Of a stretch of DNA of 64,000 nt, positions 28,062 to 38,376 are shown piece after piece. This DNA comes from Minisyncoccia bacterium. Its GTDB lineage: Bacteria; Patescibacteriota; Minisyncoccia; Phycocordibacterales; UBA918. The notes under the pieces are model-generated. The model ran no database searches. It was not told the DNA's origin and saw nothing but the letters and a program-made list of their open reading frames with translations. The stretch's first letter is position 1. Each line of letters starts with the position of its first letter. Both the position numbers and the translations under genes were made by a program. The stretch lies in NCBI GenBank assembly GCA_046598345.1, contig JBKJIT010000001.1:108251-172250 (forward strand), written 5' to 3'.

Positions 28062-29533
28062 TTAGTTGGTAGTTGTAACCTTATCTTTTAAATCTCCCTT
28101 TTCATAATATTCCTTTTCGCCTCCTATCGCATCGAAATCTGCTTTTTTGCCAGTTATGATACTTTCTGCTGCTGCAATTCCCATTTCGAGTGAATGATCC
28201 TGATTGTTGTAACGAAAACGGCCGGGACGCCCAATGTAAAACAGATTGCTGAAACGATCGAGAAAACCTTTGATGTGTCCGAGATTGGATTCGTAGTGTA
28301 GATCATAAATGGGGTACACGTCTTTTTGAGTGATGCGGTAATAAGTTCTCACCTCCTCTTTTTTCAAGAAGCCGGCTTTTTCGAGATGGGGAAGTATGTA
28401 CGCAAACAGTTCATCCTTATTCATAGACCAGACTGGCTCATCTTCAAAGCAGAAAAACTCAAGGAAGAGGGATGTTGTACCAGAGGGAGACATCCATGAA
28501 CTAAAATTTTTCATTTCTGACATTCGTGCGACAGGCACTTCTTTCTTGGGGAAATATATCCATTGATCTCTGGTCACGGATTCTTTGTTGAGCGTAATGA
28601 AGAGATATACTTGGTGCCGATATCGTAAATTTTTGAGGGCAGGCGGAACTTCTGGTGGAAGGGTAGTATCGAGAAGGTTTACAAAATTCACGATTGGTAT
28701 TGATTCAACTAGGTACTCACATTCAATCTCCAGCTCTTCTTCGCCGGCTCGTGCAATTACTTTGGTAATGCGGTTTTCTTCTATGCATATCTTTTGCACT
28801 TCGACATTGAACATAAAGAATACCCCTTTTGTTCCAGATTTTCTTGTATCGTCCGGTAAATAAGTCCCGTACCCTTACGAGGATAATAAAAGGTATCCAC
28901 AAGTGATTTTGGCTTATTTCGTGCCTTACTGGAGAATATTTTCAGTATCATGTCCTGCGCAATAGTACGGAGACTCAATCCTTTAATGCGTTGACCGGCC
29001 CAGTCGGGGTGAATGGTTGATGCGGGAATACCCCAGATCTTTTCTGTGTAGTTAATCATGTTGAACTCCCCCAATGTCCGACCAAAATTAGCGATCACAT
29101 AATCTTCAAAGTTTTTAATTTTCTTACCGAGAATGCCGTACTGCATCTTTGCTAGTGCGTAGTCGGTAAGGATGCGTATTGATGTAAAGAGTCCGATATT
29201 GCGCAGTGCCTGAATAGGATTCACCGGATAGTCATAAAATTTGCCATCAATGAACTGGCGAGTGTACCGATTAACGGTTATCCAGTCATCGTGGAGCACT
29301 TCTTCGATCATTTCGTACAGGTATGGATTTTTTGAAAAAAACCGATGGGGACCGTTGTCTGTATAAAAGGTTCCAACGTCTTCTTTGAAAGCATACGTTT
29401 TTGAAAGGCCTCCAACTTCAGAAGTCTTTTCCAGGACTAGGAATTTTTTACCAGCCTTTGCAAGCTCAAGTGCAGCGGCCATGCCTGCGGGCCCAGCGCC
29501 TATTATGAGCGTTTCTATCTTAATCCTGCGCAT
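28062..29533 (-). pseudogene. FAD-dependent oxidoreductase (HemY/UDP-galactopyranose mutase-like) split by a -1 frameshift near 28815-28830
   Basis: ORF 28781-29533 has GAGPAG, VGGLSKT, GPHRFF and FYYPRKG; overlapping ORF 28062-28814 has YPIY and GRPGRFRYNNQDHS; together they form one protein of about 490 aa. Confidence 0.8.
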
Positions 29534-29701
29534 TATGTGTTTTTATAAAAAATGATGAGCTGTACATTATTCAAGCCTTCAATCTTCATGAATCGTTTCA
29601 TATGGTACTACGCAGCCAACACATTATCAATTTAAAACCTTTGTTTCGAATACATCTCGCAAAGAATATATGCGAATAGACATTTCCTTTCTGTTACATA
29701 C

Positions 29702-30151
29702 TTATTCTGCTGGAGTGGCGTGGGTATCTCGAAAAATCAAATACTTGTATATAAAAAAACTCCAAACAGCAATGGTCATCATGCAGGACATTTGGGCATA
29801 GATATCATACATCCCGAGTCGTTCCACAAAAACCACCATCAGTATGGTATTCATGTTGAGGTTTATCAGTGCCAGGACAAAGAAAAGACTGAATTGACCT
29901 GAGATGTTCTTGTCCCGATTCTCAAAGGTGACGTATTTTTGAAGTAAAAAGCTCACAATAACCGCTAATGTAAATGAAATCCCAGAAGCGAGAAGGTATT
30001 GAATATCAAAAATGCGCGACAGGATGTAGTAAACGATGAGTTGAAAAGTAGCCGCTGACCCTCCTGCAATAAGAAAAAGGATCAACCGTCGGAACTTCTT
30101 GATATTCCCAGTTATGAAATTACATATATTACCTGCATCCACACACAACAT
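29702..30151 (-). CDS. GtrA family protein
   Basis: Four TM; FLIAGG, SF.LQKYVTF, WSFFIYKYLIF. Confidence 0.85.
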   Translation of the reverse strand: MLCVDAGNICNFITGNIKKFRRLILFLIAGGSAATFQLIVYYILSRIFDIQYLLASGISFTLAVIVSFLLQKYVTFENRDKNISGQFSLFFVLALINLNMNTILMVVFVERLGMYDIYAQMSCMMTIAVWSFFIYKYLIFRDTHATPAE

Positions 30152-30289
30152 TCTACTACAACTTCTACGCAGATGTTTTAATTATGTATGAATGGGGATG
30201 TGGGACTTTCGACGAGAGAACCTAATCTTTACTCACCGAGTTAAAGGTGGTAGTCTTCGTTCATAAACGTGACAAAATAAGGCTAAAAT

Positions 30290-31126
30290 ATGAAAATTGG
30301 ATTCATCGGACAAGGGTACGTTGGTAAAAACATAGCGAACGATTTTGAAGCACGTGGCCATGAAGTAGTCAGGTACTCTCTGGAGCCGGAATATATTTTG
30401 AATATGGATAAAATCCAGACGTGCGATATTGTCTTTATTGCTGTTCCCACACCCACAACCCCGGATGGTTTTGATTATTCAATAATTGAACAATCACTTC
30501 CGCTATGTAGGGAAGGGGCCAAAGTTGTTCTCAAATCAACACTGCTTCCAGGTACAACGGAAAAACTACAAAAGCTGTTTCCCCAGCTTTGCATACTTTT
30601 TTCGCCTGAATTTTTGTGTGAAGCGACGGCTGCTCATGATGCGGCAAACCCAGTCTTCAATATCATTGGGAGTCCTACGAACACAGCACTTCACGAAGAT
30701 GCTGCCAAAGAAATTATGAGCATTCTTCCTAAAGCTCAGCATTCCTTTCAAACGACCGCAACAGCAGCGGAGCTTTTTAAATATGTACACAACATTCAGG
30801 GGTATATGCGGGTCATTCTTTCGAACCTTTTTTATGACACCGCCACAACACTTGGCGTTGAGTGGGAAGACGTCCGTCGTATGATGGATGTGGACCCTAT
30901 GATGTCGCCGTACTACAACTCCCCGCTCCATAAGAGTGGTCGTGGCGCAGGAGGGCATTGTTTTATTAAAGACATGGCAGCATTTAGGATGCTCTATGAA
31001 AAGGCACTCCCTGAGGATGCTCTCGGTATTGAGGTATTCAAAGCCCTTGAAAGTAAGAACCTGGAGCTTTTAGCCTCCACTAACAAGGACCAGGGTCTTG
31101 TGAACGGGGTGTATGGACAAGATTAA
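30290..31126 (+). CDS. UDP-glucose/GDP-mannose dehydrogenase family, short form
   Basis: GQGYVG, AVPTP, KSTLLPGTT, SPEFL, GAGGHCFIKD. Confidence 0.85.
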   Translation: MKIGFIGQGYVGKNIANDFEARGHEVVRYSLEPEYILNMDKIQTCDIVFIAVPTPTTPDGFDYSIIEQSLPLCREGAKVVLKSTLLPGTTEKLQKLFPQLCILFSPEFLCEATAAHDAANPVFNIIGSPTNTALHEDAAKEIMSILPKAQHSFQTTATAAELFKYVHNIQGYMRVILSNLFYDTATTLGVEWEDVRRMMDVDPMMSPYYNSPLHKSGRGAGGHCFIKDMAAFRMLYEKALPEDALGIEVFKALESKNLELLASTNKDQGLVNGVYGQD

Positions 31127-31193
31127 GATTGAATAGAATATTTTCTGAAAGGAATGTGTTATAAAGAGAGTGCTATTAAAATAAAATTAACTC

Positions 31194-31778
31194 ATGCCGA
31201 AGATTGATTGGGAGGTGAATACAGTAAAAAATATATTTACAAGGAATGACCTATGGCCATGGAAGGATGACGAACTAGATTCTGTGTTGGATGTTGCTTG
31301 TGGTTTGTCATTTAAATCCAAGTTTATCCCTGCGAAAATTCGAGTGGGAGTTGATATATTTGAAAAATATTTCGATCATATTGAAACTGATGTGCCTTAT
31401 GTCGTTATAAAACACGACGTTCGTCGACTGAGTGAAATTTTTCTGCCTAAAAGCTTTGATCTCGTCATTGCTTTGGATATCATTGAACATCTCGAAAAGG
31501 AGGAGTCACTTGCTATGATCAGAGAGTGTGAGAAAATTGCTCGTAAGGCAGTAATTCTTGAAACACCGAAAGGATATGTACCACAAAATCTTGATATACA
31601 GGGTCATGGAGGTCATGAATTCCAGACACACCGATGCGGATGGGAAAAGGAAGAGTTAGAATCTTTGGGGTATAAGGTAATAGTAAGAGATTATGTCATG
31701 AGCAATGTTCAAAGACATACGGAACTAGATGTGGATCCTCATATCCAACTCATGGACGGCATTAAATTTATTCAATGA
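31194..31778 (+). CDS. Class I SAM-dependent methyltransferase
   Basis: VLDVACG, FDLVIALDIIEHL. Confidence 0.85.
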   Translation: MPKIDWEVNTVKNIFTRNDLWPWKDDELDSVLDVACGLSFKSKFIPAKIRVGVDIFEKYFDHIETDVPYVVIKHDVRRLSEIFLPKSFDLVIALDIIEHLEKEESLAMIRECEKIARKAVILETPKGYVPQNLDIQGHGGHEFQTHRCGWEKEELESLGYKVIVRDYVMSNVQRHTELDVDPHIQLMDGIKFIQ

Positions 31779-31782
31779 ACTC

Positions 31783-32736
31783 ATGGCACGAATTCTGATT
31801 ACTGGATCTAAGGGCGTAATAGGCACCTTTCTCACTGATTTCTTAACAAAGAGGGGGCATAGTATTTTCGGTATTGATCTTACTCATGGATTTGGAGAGG
31901 TGGGGTGGGAACATGCTATGGCAAAGAATGAGTTTACTTATTCTCGCTGTGATGTGAGCGACTTTCGACAACTCGAGCGTGTCTTTGAAGAAGCGGGGCC
32001 TTTTGATTTTGTGTATCACACCGCAGCAGAATTTGGTAGGTGGAATGGGGAAGATTTTTATGAACAACTCTGGCGAAGTAACGCAATTGGTACTAAAAAT
32101 ATTATTCGCCTTCAAGAAAAATTGAAGTTTAAATTAATTCACTTTTCTTCTTCGGAAGTATATGGAGATTTCCCTGGAATTATGGAGGAATCGGTAATGG
32201 ATACTGTAGAAATTAAACAAATGAATGATTACGCATTAACTAAATGGGTTAATGAACAACAAATTCGAAATTCTGTAATTAAAAATCAAACGGATAGTGT
32301 TATCGTCCGACTTTTCAACACGTATGGTCCGGGAGAGTGGTATCACCCGTACCGCAGCGTAAATTGTAAATTTACCTACCATGCTCTTCATGGTCTTCCG
32401 GTCACCGTCTATAAGAACCATACACGCACCTCTACCTACCTTGAGGATACATGTAATACACTCTCAAACATCGTTGATAACTTTATACCCAATTCAGTTT
32501 ATAATATTGGAGGCCGAGAATTGCATAACATGGAAACTCTAGTGGAGCTGATCTGGAAATACACTGGTGCTAATGTTGACCTCATAACTTACGCGGAATC
32601 AGAGATCCTTACAACAAAAGACAAAGTAGTGGACGTAAGCAAATCTGAACGTGATCTGCAGCATAAGAACAGTGTTACCTTAGAAGAAGGTGTCAAAAGG
32701 ACGGTGGACTGGATGCGTACGTTTTATGGCATGTAG
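31783..32736 (+). CDS. NAD-dependent epimerase/dehydratase
   Basis: TGSKGVIG, SSSEVYG, YALTK, RLFNTYGPGE. Confidence 0.88.
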   Translation: MARILITGSKGVIGTFLTDFLTKRGHSIFGIDLTHGFGEVGWEHAMAKNEFTYSRCDVSDFRQLERVFEEAGPFDFVYHTAAEFGRWNGEDFYEQLWRSNAIGTKNIIRLQEKLKFKLIHFSSSEVYGDFPGIMEESVMDTVEIKQMNDYALTKWVNEQQIRNSVIKNQTDSVIVRLFNTYGPGEWYHPYRSVNCKFTYHALHGLPVTVYKNHTRTSTYLEDTCNTLSNIVDNFIPNSVYNIGGRELHNMETLVELIWKYTGANVDLITYAESEILTTKDKVVDVSKSERDLQHKNSVTLEEGVKRTVDWMRTFYGM

Positions 32737-32763
32737 CTATTAAAAGGTGGTTCGTCGCAATCT

Positions 32764-33885
32764 ATGCATATAGTTTACGTTGCTAACAGTCGCTTCCCAA
32801 GTGAACGGGCGCATATGACGCAGATAGTGCATATGTGTAATGCATTTGCTGAGAATGGGCACGAGGTCACTCTACTTGTAACTGATCGAAAGACTAATAT
32901 TGTTGAAGATCCGGAGACTTTTTTTGGTGTTCCCCTTACATTTTCGATAGAGCGGATCCAAGTTCCAGATATTGCAGGCCGCGCAAAAGACATACCTATA
33001 TTTCTGAGACCTCTTGCGTTCATGATTCAACGTCTCGTATTTACATTAAGGGCAAAAAAATACATAGAAAGAGAATCGTTTGATCTTATTTATGGACGCG
33101 ACGAATGGATTTTGTATTCCTTGAGCATACTTCAGAGTGTAAAAATAATTTGGGAATCTCACGAAGCGAAATATTCATTTCCTGCTCGTCTGCTTATTCC
33201 TCATGTTAAAAAACTAGTAGTTATCTCTGAGGGTATTTATACATTTTATATCAGTAAAGGAGTCTCAAACCAGAAAATGATTGTTGCGCATGATGCGGTG
33301 GATGCCCGTTTTTTTGACCCGCATATACCAAAAGATGAAGCCCGAAAAATGCTTGGCATTGCCACGACCAAGCCCGTCGTTATGTACATCGGAGGACTCG
33401 AGTCCTGGAAGGGAGTCGAAACACTTCTGAAAGCAGGGGATCAGTCAGATGCCTTTGAAGTCCATATTGTGGGTGGTAAAGAAAACGAGCTTTTGAAATA
33501 TCGTAAAATATATCCAAACGCTCACTTTCATGGCCCTTGGTTCTATCGAGAACTTCCAAAAATCCAACAGGCAGCTGATATTCTCGTGATTCCAAATACT
33601 GCAAAAGTGGCTCTCTCTGCAGAATATACATCACCCCTCAAGCTTTTTACATACATGACTTCAGGAAAGCCTATTGTTGCATCAAAAATTCCAAGTATTG
33701 CAAACATCCTGTCGGAGGAAGAAGTTTTTTTCTTTGAGCCTGATGATCCTGAGTCACTCTTTACAATCATACTTTCAGCAATCCAAAACAGCAGAGATGC
33801 TAAGGAGAGAACGGAGAGAGCCTACAGCAAGAGTTTCAAGTATACTTGGATACGACGTGCGGAAGAAATTACTAAATCCCTATAG
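32764..33885 (+). CDS. Glycosyltransferase family 4
   Basis: RFPSERAH, KGV, TSPLKLFTYM.SGKPIV. Confidence 0.88.
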   Translation: MHIVYVANSRFPSERAHMTQIVHMCNAFAENGHEVTLLVTDRKTNIVEDPETFFGVPLTFSIERIQVPDIAGRAKDIPIFLRPLAFMIQRLVFTLRAKKYIERESFDLIYGRDEWILYSLSILQSVKIIWESHEAKYSFPARLLIPHVKKLVVISEGIYTFYISKGVSNQKMIVAHDAVDARFFDPHIPKDEARKMLGIATTKPVVMYIGGLESWKGVETLLKAGDQSDAFEVHIVGGKENELLKYRKIYPNAHFHGPWFYRELPKIQQAADILVIPNTAKVALSAEYTSPLKLFTYMTSGKPIVASKIPSIANILSEEEVFFFEPDDPESLFTIILSAIQNSRDAKERTERAYSKSFKYTWIRRAEEITKSL

Positions 33886-33886
33886 T

Positions 33887-34702
33887 ATGTTTCATATAAA
33901 TCTTGTCTTTAAAATACTCCCCAGACTTTCTGAGCGGTTAAGTAACTCGTTTTTTCAAACTGTGCGTCTGTACCTAAAATTTTTACTATTTTTAATCTCT
34001 AAGAAACTGCATAAGAAAGCTTCTCCATGGAGATTCGAATTTTATTTTGAAGGCAAAGAACTTAGAATAAAATTATTTGAAGGCAGTCCTGACATCGCTG
34101 CACTTGCTGAAATCTTTTTAGACGGAGAGTACGATTGGGATAGTATTAAAGAACCACAGATTATTATTGATCTTGGAGCACATACAGGAAACACTGCACT
34201 CTATTTTCACGCAAAATATCCGAATGCAGTAATTTATGCAGTTGAAGCATCGCCTCAAACCTTTTCGCATCTATTAGAAAATGTGCATGGTATAGCACAA
34301 ATAAAGCCCATCTTCGGAGCCATCTCAGACAGGAACGGAAAGATAACTTTTTATGAGTCGGAGAGTAGTTTAGGAAGTTCAATTTATAAACGAGCTAACA
34401 GTGTCGGGGTCGAGGTTCCCACATTCACATTAGACAGTCTCTTTTTGAAAGAAGGCTTAGGAAGAGCGGATTTTATAAAAATTGATATTGAAGGGGGCGA
34501 AGGGGATATCTTTCTCAGGGATTTACCTGAGAAATACGCTGAATGGTATATAGTCGAGGTTCACTCAGACCTTATGACAGAGCGTGTTGATTTCATACAG
34601 AGATTTTTCGCGAAATATGAGACCTTAACTAAATCTCTTGCCACCAAAGATCGCTATTTGCTGTATGCAAAGGCGACAATAACGAATGAAATAACCATGT
34701 AA
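33887..34702 (+). CDS. FkbM family methyltransferase
   Basis: IIDLGAHTG, AVEASP, IKIDIEGGE. Confidence 0.88.
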   Translation: MFHINLVFKILPRLSERLSNSFFQTVRLYLKFLLFLISKKLHKKASPWRFEFYFEGKELRIKLFEGSPDIAALAEIFLDGEYDWDSIKEPQIIIDLGAHTGNTALYFHAKYPNAVIYAVEASPQTFSHLLENVHGIAQIKPIFGAISDRNGKITFYESESSLGSSIYKRANSVGVEVPTFTLDSLFLKEGLGRADFIKIDIEGGEGDIFLRDLPEKYAEWYIVEVHSDLMTERVDFIQRFFAKYETLTKSLATKDRYLLYAKATITNEITM

Positions 34703-34737
34703 CTTTAGAGGAATGGGGTGTGTTATTATTGGAACCC

Positions 34738-35784
34738 ATGCAGCATATACTTATTACAGGAGGGGCAGGTTTTATCGGAGTGAACGCTACTCGGCGTTTT
34801 TTAAGAGACGGGTGGAAGGTTACTATTTTTGACAATTTGTCTCGAAAAGGCTCTGACATTAACTTAAGGCATTTGGAAATGGAAAATCACAAAAATCTTT
34901 TTGTGATGATTAATGATATTCGTACCGACAGAGAGGCGCTGAATCAGATTGCATCAGAATGTGATGTAATCCTACATCTTGCTGCACAGGTTGCGGTCAC
35001 CACCTCGATCATCGACCCTCAAACTGACTTCGACATTAACATATTAGGTACATTCAATGTCCTTGAAGCAGCGCGCAAAAGTGAGCGCAAGCCGCTCGTG
35101 ATTTATGCGTCAACGAACAAGGTCTTTGGAGCACTTGAAAATTATCCAGTGCGAGAAATGGAGACACGCTTTGAGTTTGAGCACGACCACTTCCATACGC
35201 ATGGAGTTCCTGGTGATCATCCACTCGATTTCCATTCTCCCTATGGCTGTTCGAAAGGCGCAGCTGATCAGTACGTGGTCGATTATGCACGCATCTATGG
35301 TCTAAACACTGTAGTTTTTCGGCAATCATGCATTTATGGTACCAATCAATTTGGAGTTGAAGATCAGGGATGGTTAGCATGGTTTGCTATTGCAACCATG
35401 TTGGGTAGACCTCTTACCCTCTACGGAACGGGCAAGCAGGTTCGTGACGCGCTCTTTGTCGATGATCTTGTTGATTTGTATGTCCATGCAGTTACAAATC
35501 GTGTTTCCATGAATGGAAATGCCTATGTGGTAGGTGGAGGTCCGAACAATACGCTCTCGCTACTAGAACTTTTGGATATGATTGAGAAAAAACTTCAAAA
35601 GAGGCCAGTTACAACTCTCGCTGCGATTCGCGCCGGCGATCAACCTATATTTGTGGCGGATGTACGAGCGCTTGAAAAAGATTTTAATTGGAAACCGCAG
35701 ATCACTGTGCACGAAGGTGTAGATCGCATGATTGAATGGATGCACGAACATGAGGCTGATATTAGAAAACTTTTTCAGGCTTAA
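34738..35784 (+). CDS. rfbE: CDP-paratose 2-epimerase (tyvelose epimerase)-like protein
   Basis: HLAAQVAVTTS, STNKV, SPYGCSKG, FRQSCIYG, GVEDQGW. Confidence 0.8.
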   Translation: MQHILITGGAGFIGVNATRRFLRDGWKVTIFDNLSRKGSDINLRHLEMENHKNLFVMINDIRTDREALNQIASECDVILHLAAQVAVTTSIIDPQTDFDINILGTFNVLEAARKSERKPLVIYASTNKVFGALENYPVREMETRFEFEHDHFHTHGVPGDHPLDFHSPYGCSKGAADQYVVDYARIYGLNTVVFRQSCIYGTNQFGVEDQGWLAWFAIATMLGRPLTLYGTGKQVRDALFVDDLVDLYVHAVTNRVSMNGNAYVVGGGPNNTLSLLELLDMIEKKLQKRPVTTLAAIRAGDQPIFVADVRALEKDFNWKPQITVHEGVDRMIEWMHEHEADIRKLFQA

Positions 35785-35799
35785 TTTTCTCCCTAACGC

Positions 35800-36972
35800 A
35801 TGAACGTACTCCTGAGCTCGTCAACTATTGATCGTTCAAATGGGTATGGAAATATAACATATGAATTTTCTCGTTCTCTTGTTGAAAAGGGAGTCAGTGT
35901 AACTCTTCTGCTTCCTCGAGATACAAGGGACGAAATACCTGTGATTTCGGGTCTCAAAATTGAGAGAATATTACCACCGTACCTATTTCAGGCAATTCGC
36001 CCCAAGCTGTTTGAATACCTCCTATGGAAGTATGACAATAAGAGTAAATTTGATATTGTACATTCTCTTTTTGAAACCCCGTATGCTCCACTCATGGCCC
36101 GTGAGTCAAGGCGCCGTAAGATACCATTTGTAATGGGGGCACAGGGAACCTACGGAGTAAAACCCCTTACTGAGCAGCCTGAACGCTTCCTTCTGAAATA
36201 CGCGTATAGGACGGCAAAAACAATTATTGTACCGAGCGCGTATACTAAAAAGACTATCCTGAAGGAATCTGGTGAAAATTACGACATCACAGTGATTCAT
36301 AACGGTGTTGACTTTGACCGCTTCAACACCGCTACGGAAACCGGTGTAGAAATCAGAAAGCAATATCCGGGCAAGCAACTATTACTTACCGTTGGTCAGC
36401 TTAAAAATAGAAAGGGACAAGACATGGTGATAAAGGCACTTCCGGCAATTTTGAAACAGCACCCCGATACGATGTATCTTCTCGTGGGTGACGATGGTTG
36501 GAATGGGTATCTAAATCGTCTTGCGCAAGAGGTGGGTGTCTCTGACCATGTGGTATTTGTGGGCTCGGTAGCTGGGAAAGATGTACCAAAATACTTTCAT
36601 GGATGTGATGTCTATGTGCACACTGCACGCATTTCGGGAAAATATTATTTCGAGGGTTTTGGCATCGTGTATCTTGAGGCAGCTGCGTGTGGCAAGCCAT
36701 CCGTTGGTACCGACGCAGGAGGTATTACAGATGCCCTTCTTCATGAAAAAACTGGTTTTGTTGCAGAAAATGAGAATATTGAACAAGTAGCAGATTACAT
36801 AAATAAACTTCTGAGTGATCAGTACTTGCGTAAAAAGATGGGAAACGAGGCACAAGAGTATGCACGTCTTCATAGGTGGAGTCACATCACAGAGCAATAC
36901 CTAAAAGTATATGAAGATATTCTTAAAAAGGATCCTGTTCGAAAGACTATGAGTTATGGTAATTTAGTATAG
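35800..36972 (+). CDS. Glycosyltransferase family 4
   Basis: NGVDF, RKGQD, EGFGIVYLEA. Confidence 0.9.
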   Translation: MNVLLSSSTIDRSNGYGNITYEFSRSLVEKGVSVTLLLPRDTRDEIPVISGLKIERILPPYLFQAIRPKLFEYLLWKYDNKSKFDIVHSLFETPYAPLMARESRRRKIPFVMGAQGTYGVKPLTEQPERFLLKYAYRTAKTIIVPSAYTKKTILKESGENYDITVIHNGVDFDRFNTATETGVEIRKQYPGKQLLLTVGQLKNRKGQDMVIKALPAILKQHPDTMYLLVGDDGWNGYLNRLAQEVGVSDHVVFVGSVAGKDVPKYFHGCDVYVHTARISGKYYFEGFGIVYLEAAACGKPSVGTDAGGITDALLHEKTGFVAENENIEQVADYINKLLSDQYLRKKMGNEAQEYARLHRWSHITEQYLKVYEDILKKDPVRKTMSYGNLV

Positions 36973-36975
36973 TCT

Positions 36976-37638
36976 ATGAGAATTCCCGAAAATATTAAAC
37001 GTTCACTTAGGCCTCTGTATGTCCCGATTACTAGTTGGTATTACAATACTTTCAAAGCTCCAAAGCGATATCATCATCTTTATGACACGATTCGTGCAAT
37101 TTCTGCAAAGAGTATTCTCGAAGTAGGGGTATGGAATGGCGGACGTGCGGTGAGAATGATCGAAGTTGCCAAAGAGCAGACTTCTCAGGTTTCGTACTTC
37201 GGTTATGATCTTTTCGAAGACTTAGGAGAAGTTGGGTACATCGCAGAGCTTTCAAAACGACCACCTACAGAACGTGAAGTTGCTGCACTTCTAAAAGCAA
37301 CTGGAGCAGAAGTCAAGCTTTTTCGTGGAAATACACTGGAGACGCTCTGTGTCTCAGTCGAGACACTTCCAAAGATTGACTTCGTCTTTATTGATGGGGG
37401 ACACAGTGTAAAAACGATTGCGAGTGACTGGAGCTATATAGAAAAAGTATTGCATAATAACTCAGTGGTTATTTTTGATGATTACTGGCGCAATCGCAGC
37501 GATGCCGGCTGTAAAGCCATTGTTGATGCTATCGATCGGTCTCAATACAATGTGGAGATCTTACCGGAAATAGATTCTTTTAATAATCCCGATTTCGGCA
37601 GATTAGAAATTAGTTTTGCTAAAGTAACCAAAAAATAG
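36976..37638 (+). CDS. Class I SAM-dependent methyltransferase (Methyltransf_24-like)
   Basis: LEVGVWNG, FIDGGH, FDDY. Confidence 0.85.
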   Translation: MRIPENIKRSLRPLYVPITSWYYNTFKAPKRYHHLYDTIRAISAKSILEVGVWNGGRAVRMIEVAKEQTSQVSYFGYDLFEDLGEVGYIAELSKRPPTEREVAALLKATGAEVKLFRGNTLETLCVSVETLPKIDFVFIDGGHSVKTIASDWSYIEKVLHNNSVVIFDDYWRNRSDAGCKAIVDAIDRSQYNVEILPEIDSFNNPDFGRLEISFAKVTKK

Positions 37639-38325
37639 TTACGGTTTACGAATTACAAATTGGTCATTTTTCACCTCAAGTCTATTTTTCAAACCCTTCC
37701 TTTCCACGAATTCATACAATGCTTTCTGTACATCTGGGAGCCGATAATCGTCGCCACTAAGAATGCCGCCTGATTTTGTTTTCTCGTAGTATATCTTTAT
37801 ATCATTGAGCACATACTCGTAGTCATGATTGCCATCAATGTAGACAAAATCAAAATAGTTATCCGGGAAATGCACGGCTGCCTCTGTTGAGGTCTCACGG
37901 CGTATCTTTACTTTTTGGGTATTTATTTCATTTTGAAACATATTTATGACTTGCTTATATCGAGAATCTTGTGCTTCTTGAGTATATTTACCGATTTTCT
38001 TTTTATCAAAGTAGTTTTCCTTAGTGAAATAGAACCAGGGATCAATAAGTACAAGTTCTGATGGATTGCATATCTCATAGATACGTTTAGAAAAATCGCC
38101 TGTCCAAACCCCCACTTCGCAGCATTTTCCATTTTTAGGTACTCGCTTTAAGATGAAATCTCTGGGATAAGGTAAGAAGGAATTTATGTAACGGTATATT
38201 CCTCTGAAATATGGCTTAATGTAGGTTTTAATAAAGTGGTTTTCATTTGCATACGTGAGCAAAATTGCGCGCAATTTGTAATCATTGCGATATACCGCAT
38301 TGTTTTTGCTAGTTTTTTTGTCCAT
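37639..38325 (-). CDS. Class I SAM-dependent methyltransferase (Methyltransf_24-like)
   Basis: EVGVWTG, IDPW, YIDGNHDY, GDDY; TATAAT 6 nt upstream of ATG 38325. Confidence 0.85.
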   Translation of the reverse strand: MDKKTSKNNAVYRNDYKLRAILLTYANENHFIKTYIKPYFRGIYRYINSFLPYPRDFILKRVPKNGKCCEVGVWTGDFSKRIYEICNPSELVLIDPWFYFTKENYFDKKKIGKYTQEAQDSRYKQVINMFQNEINTQKVKIRRETSTEAAVHFPDNYFDFVYIDGNHDYEYVLNDIKIYYEKTKSGGILSGDDYRLPDVQKALYEFVERKGLKNRLEVKNDQFVIRKP

Positions 38326-38376
38326 ACATACATTATATATTATTATGTAAAGATTGAGTTTTCCATTGAAACAATT

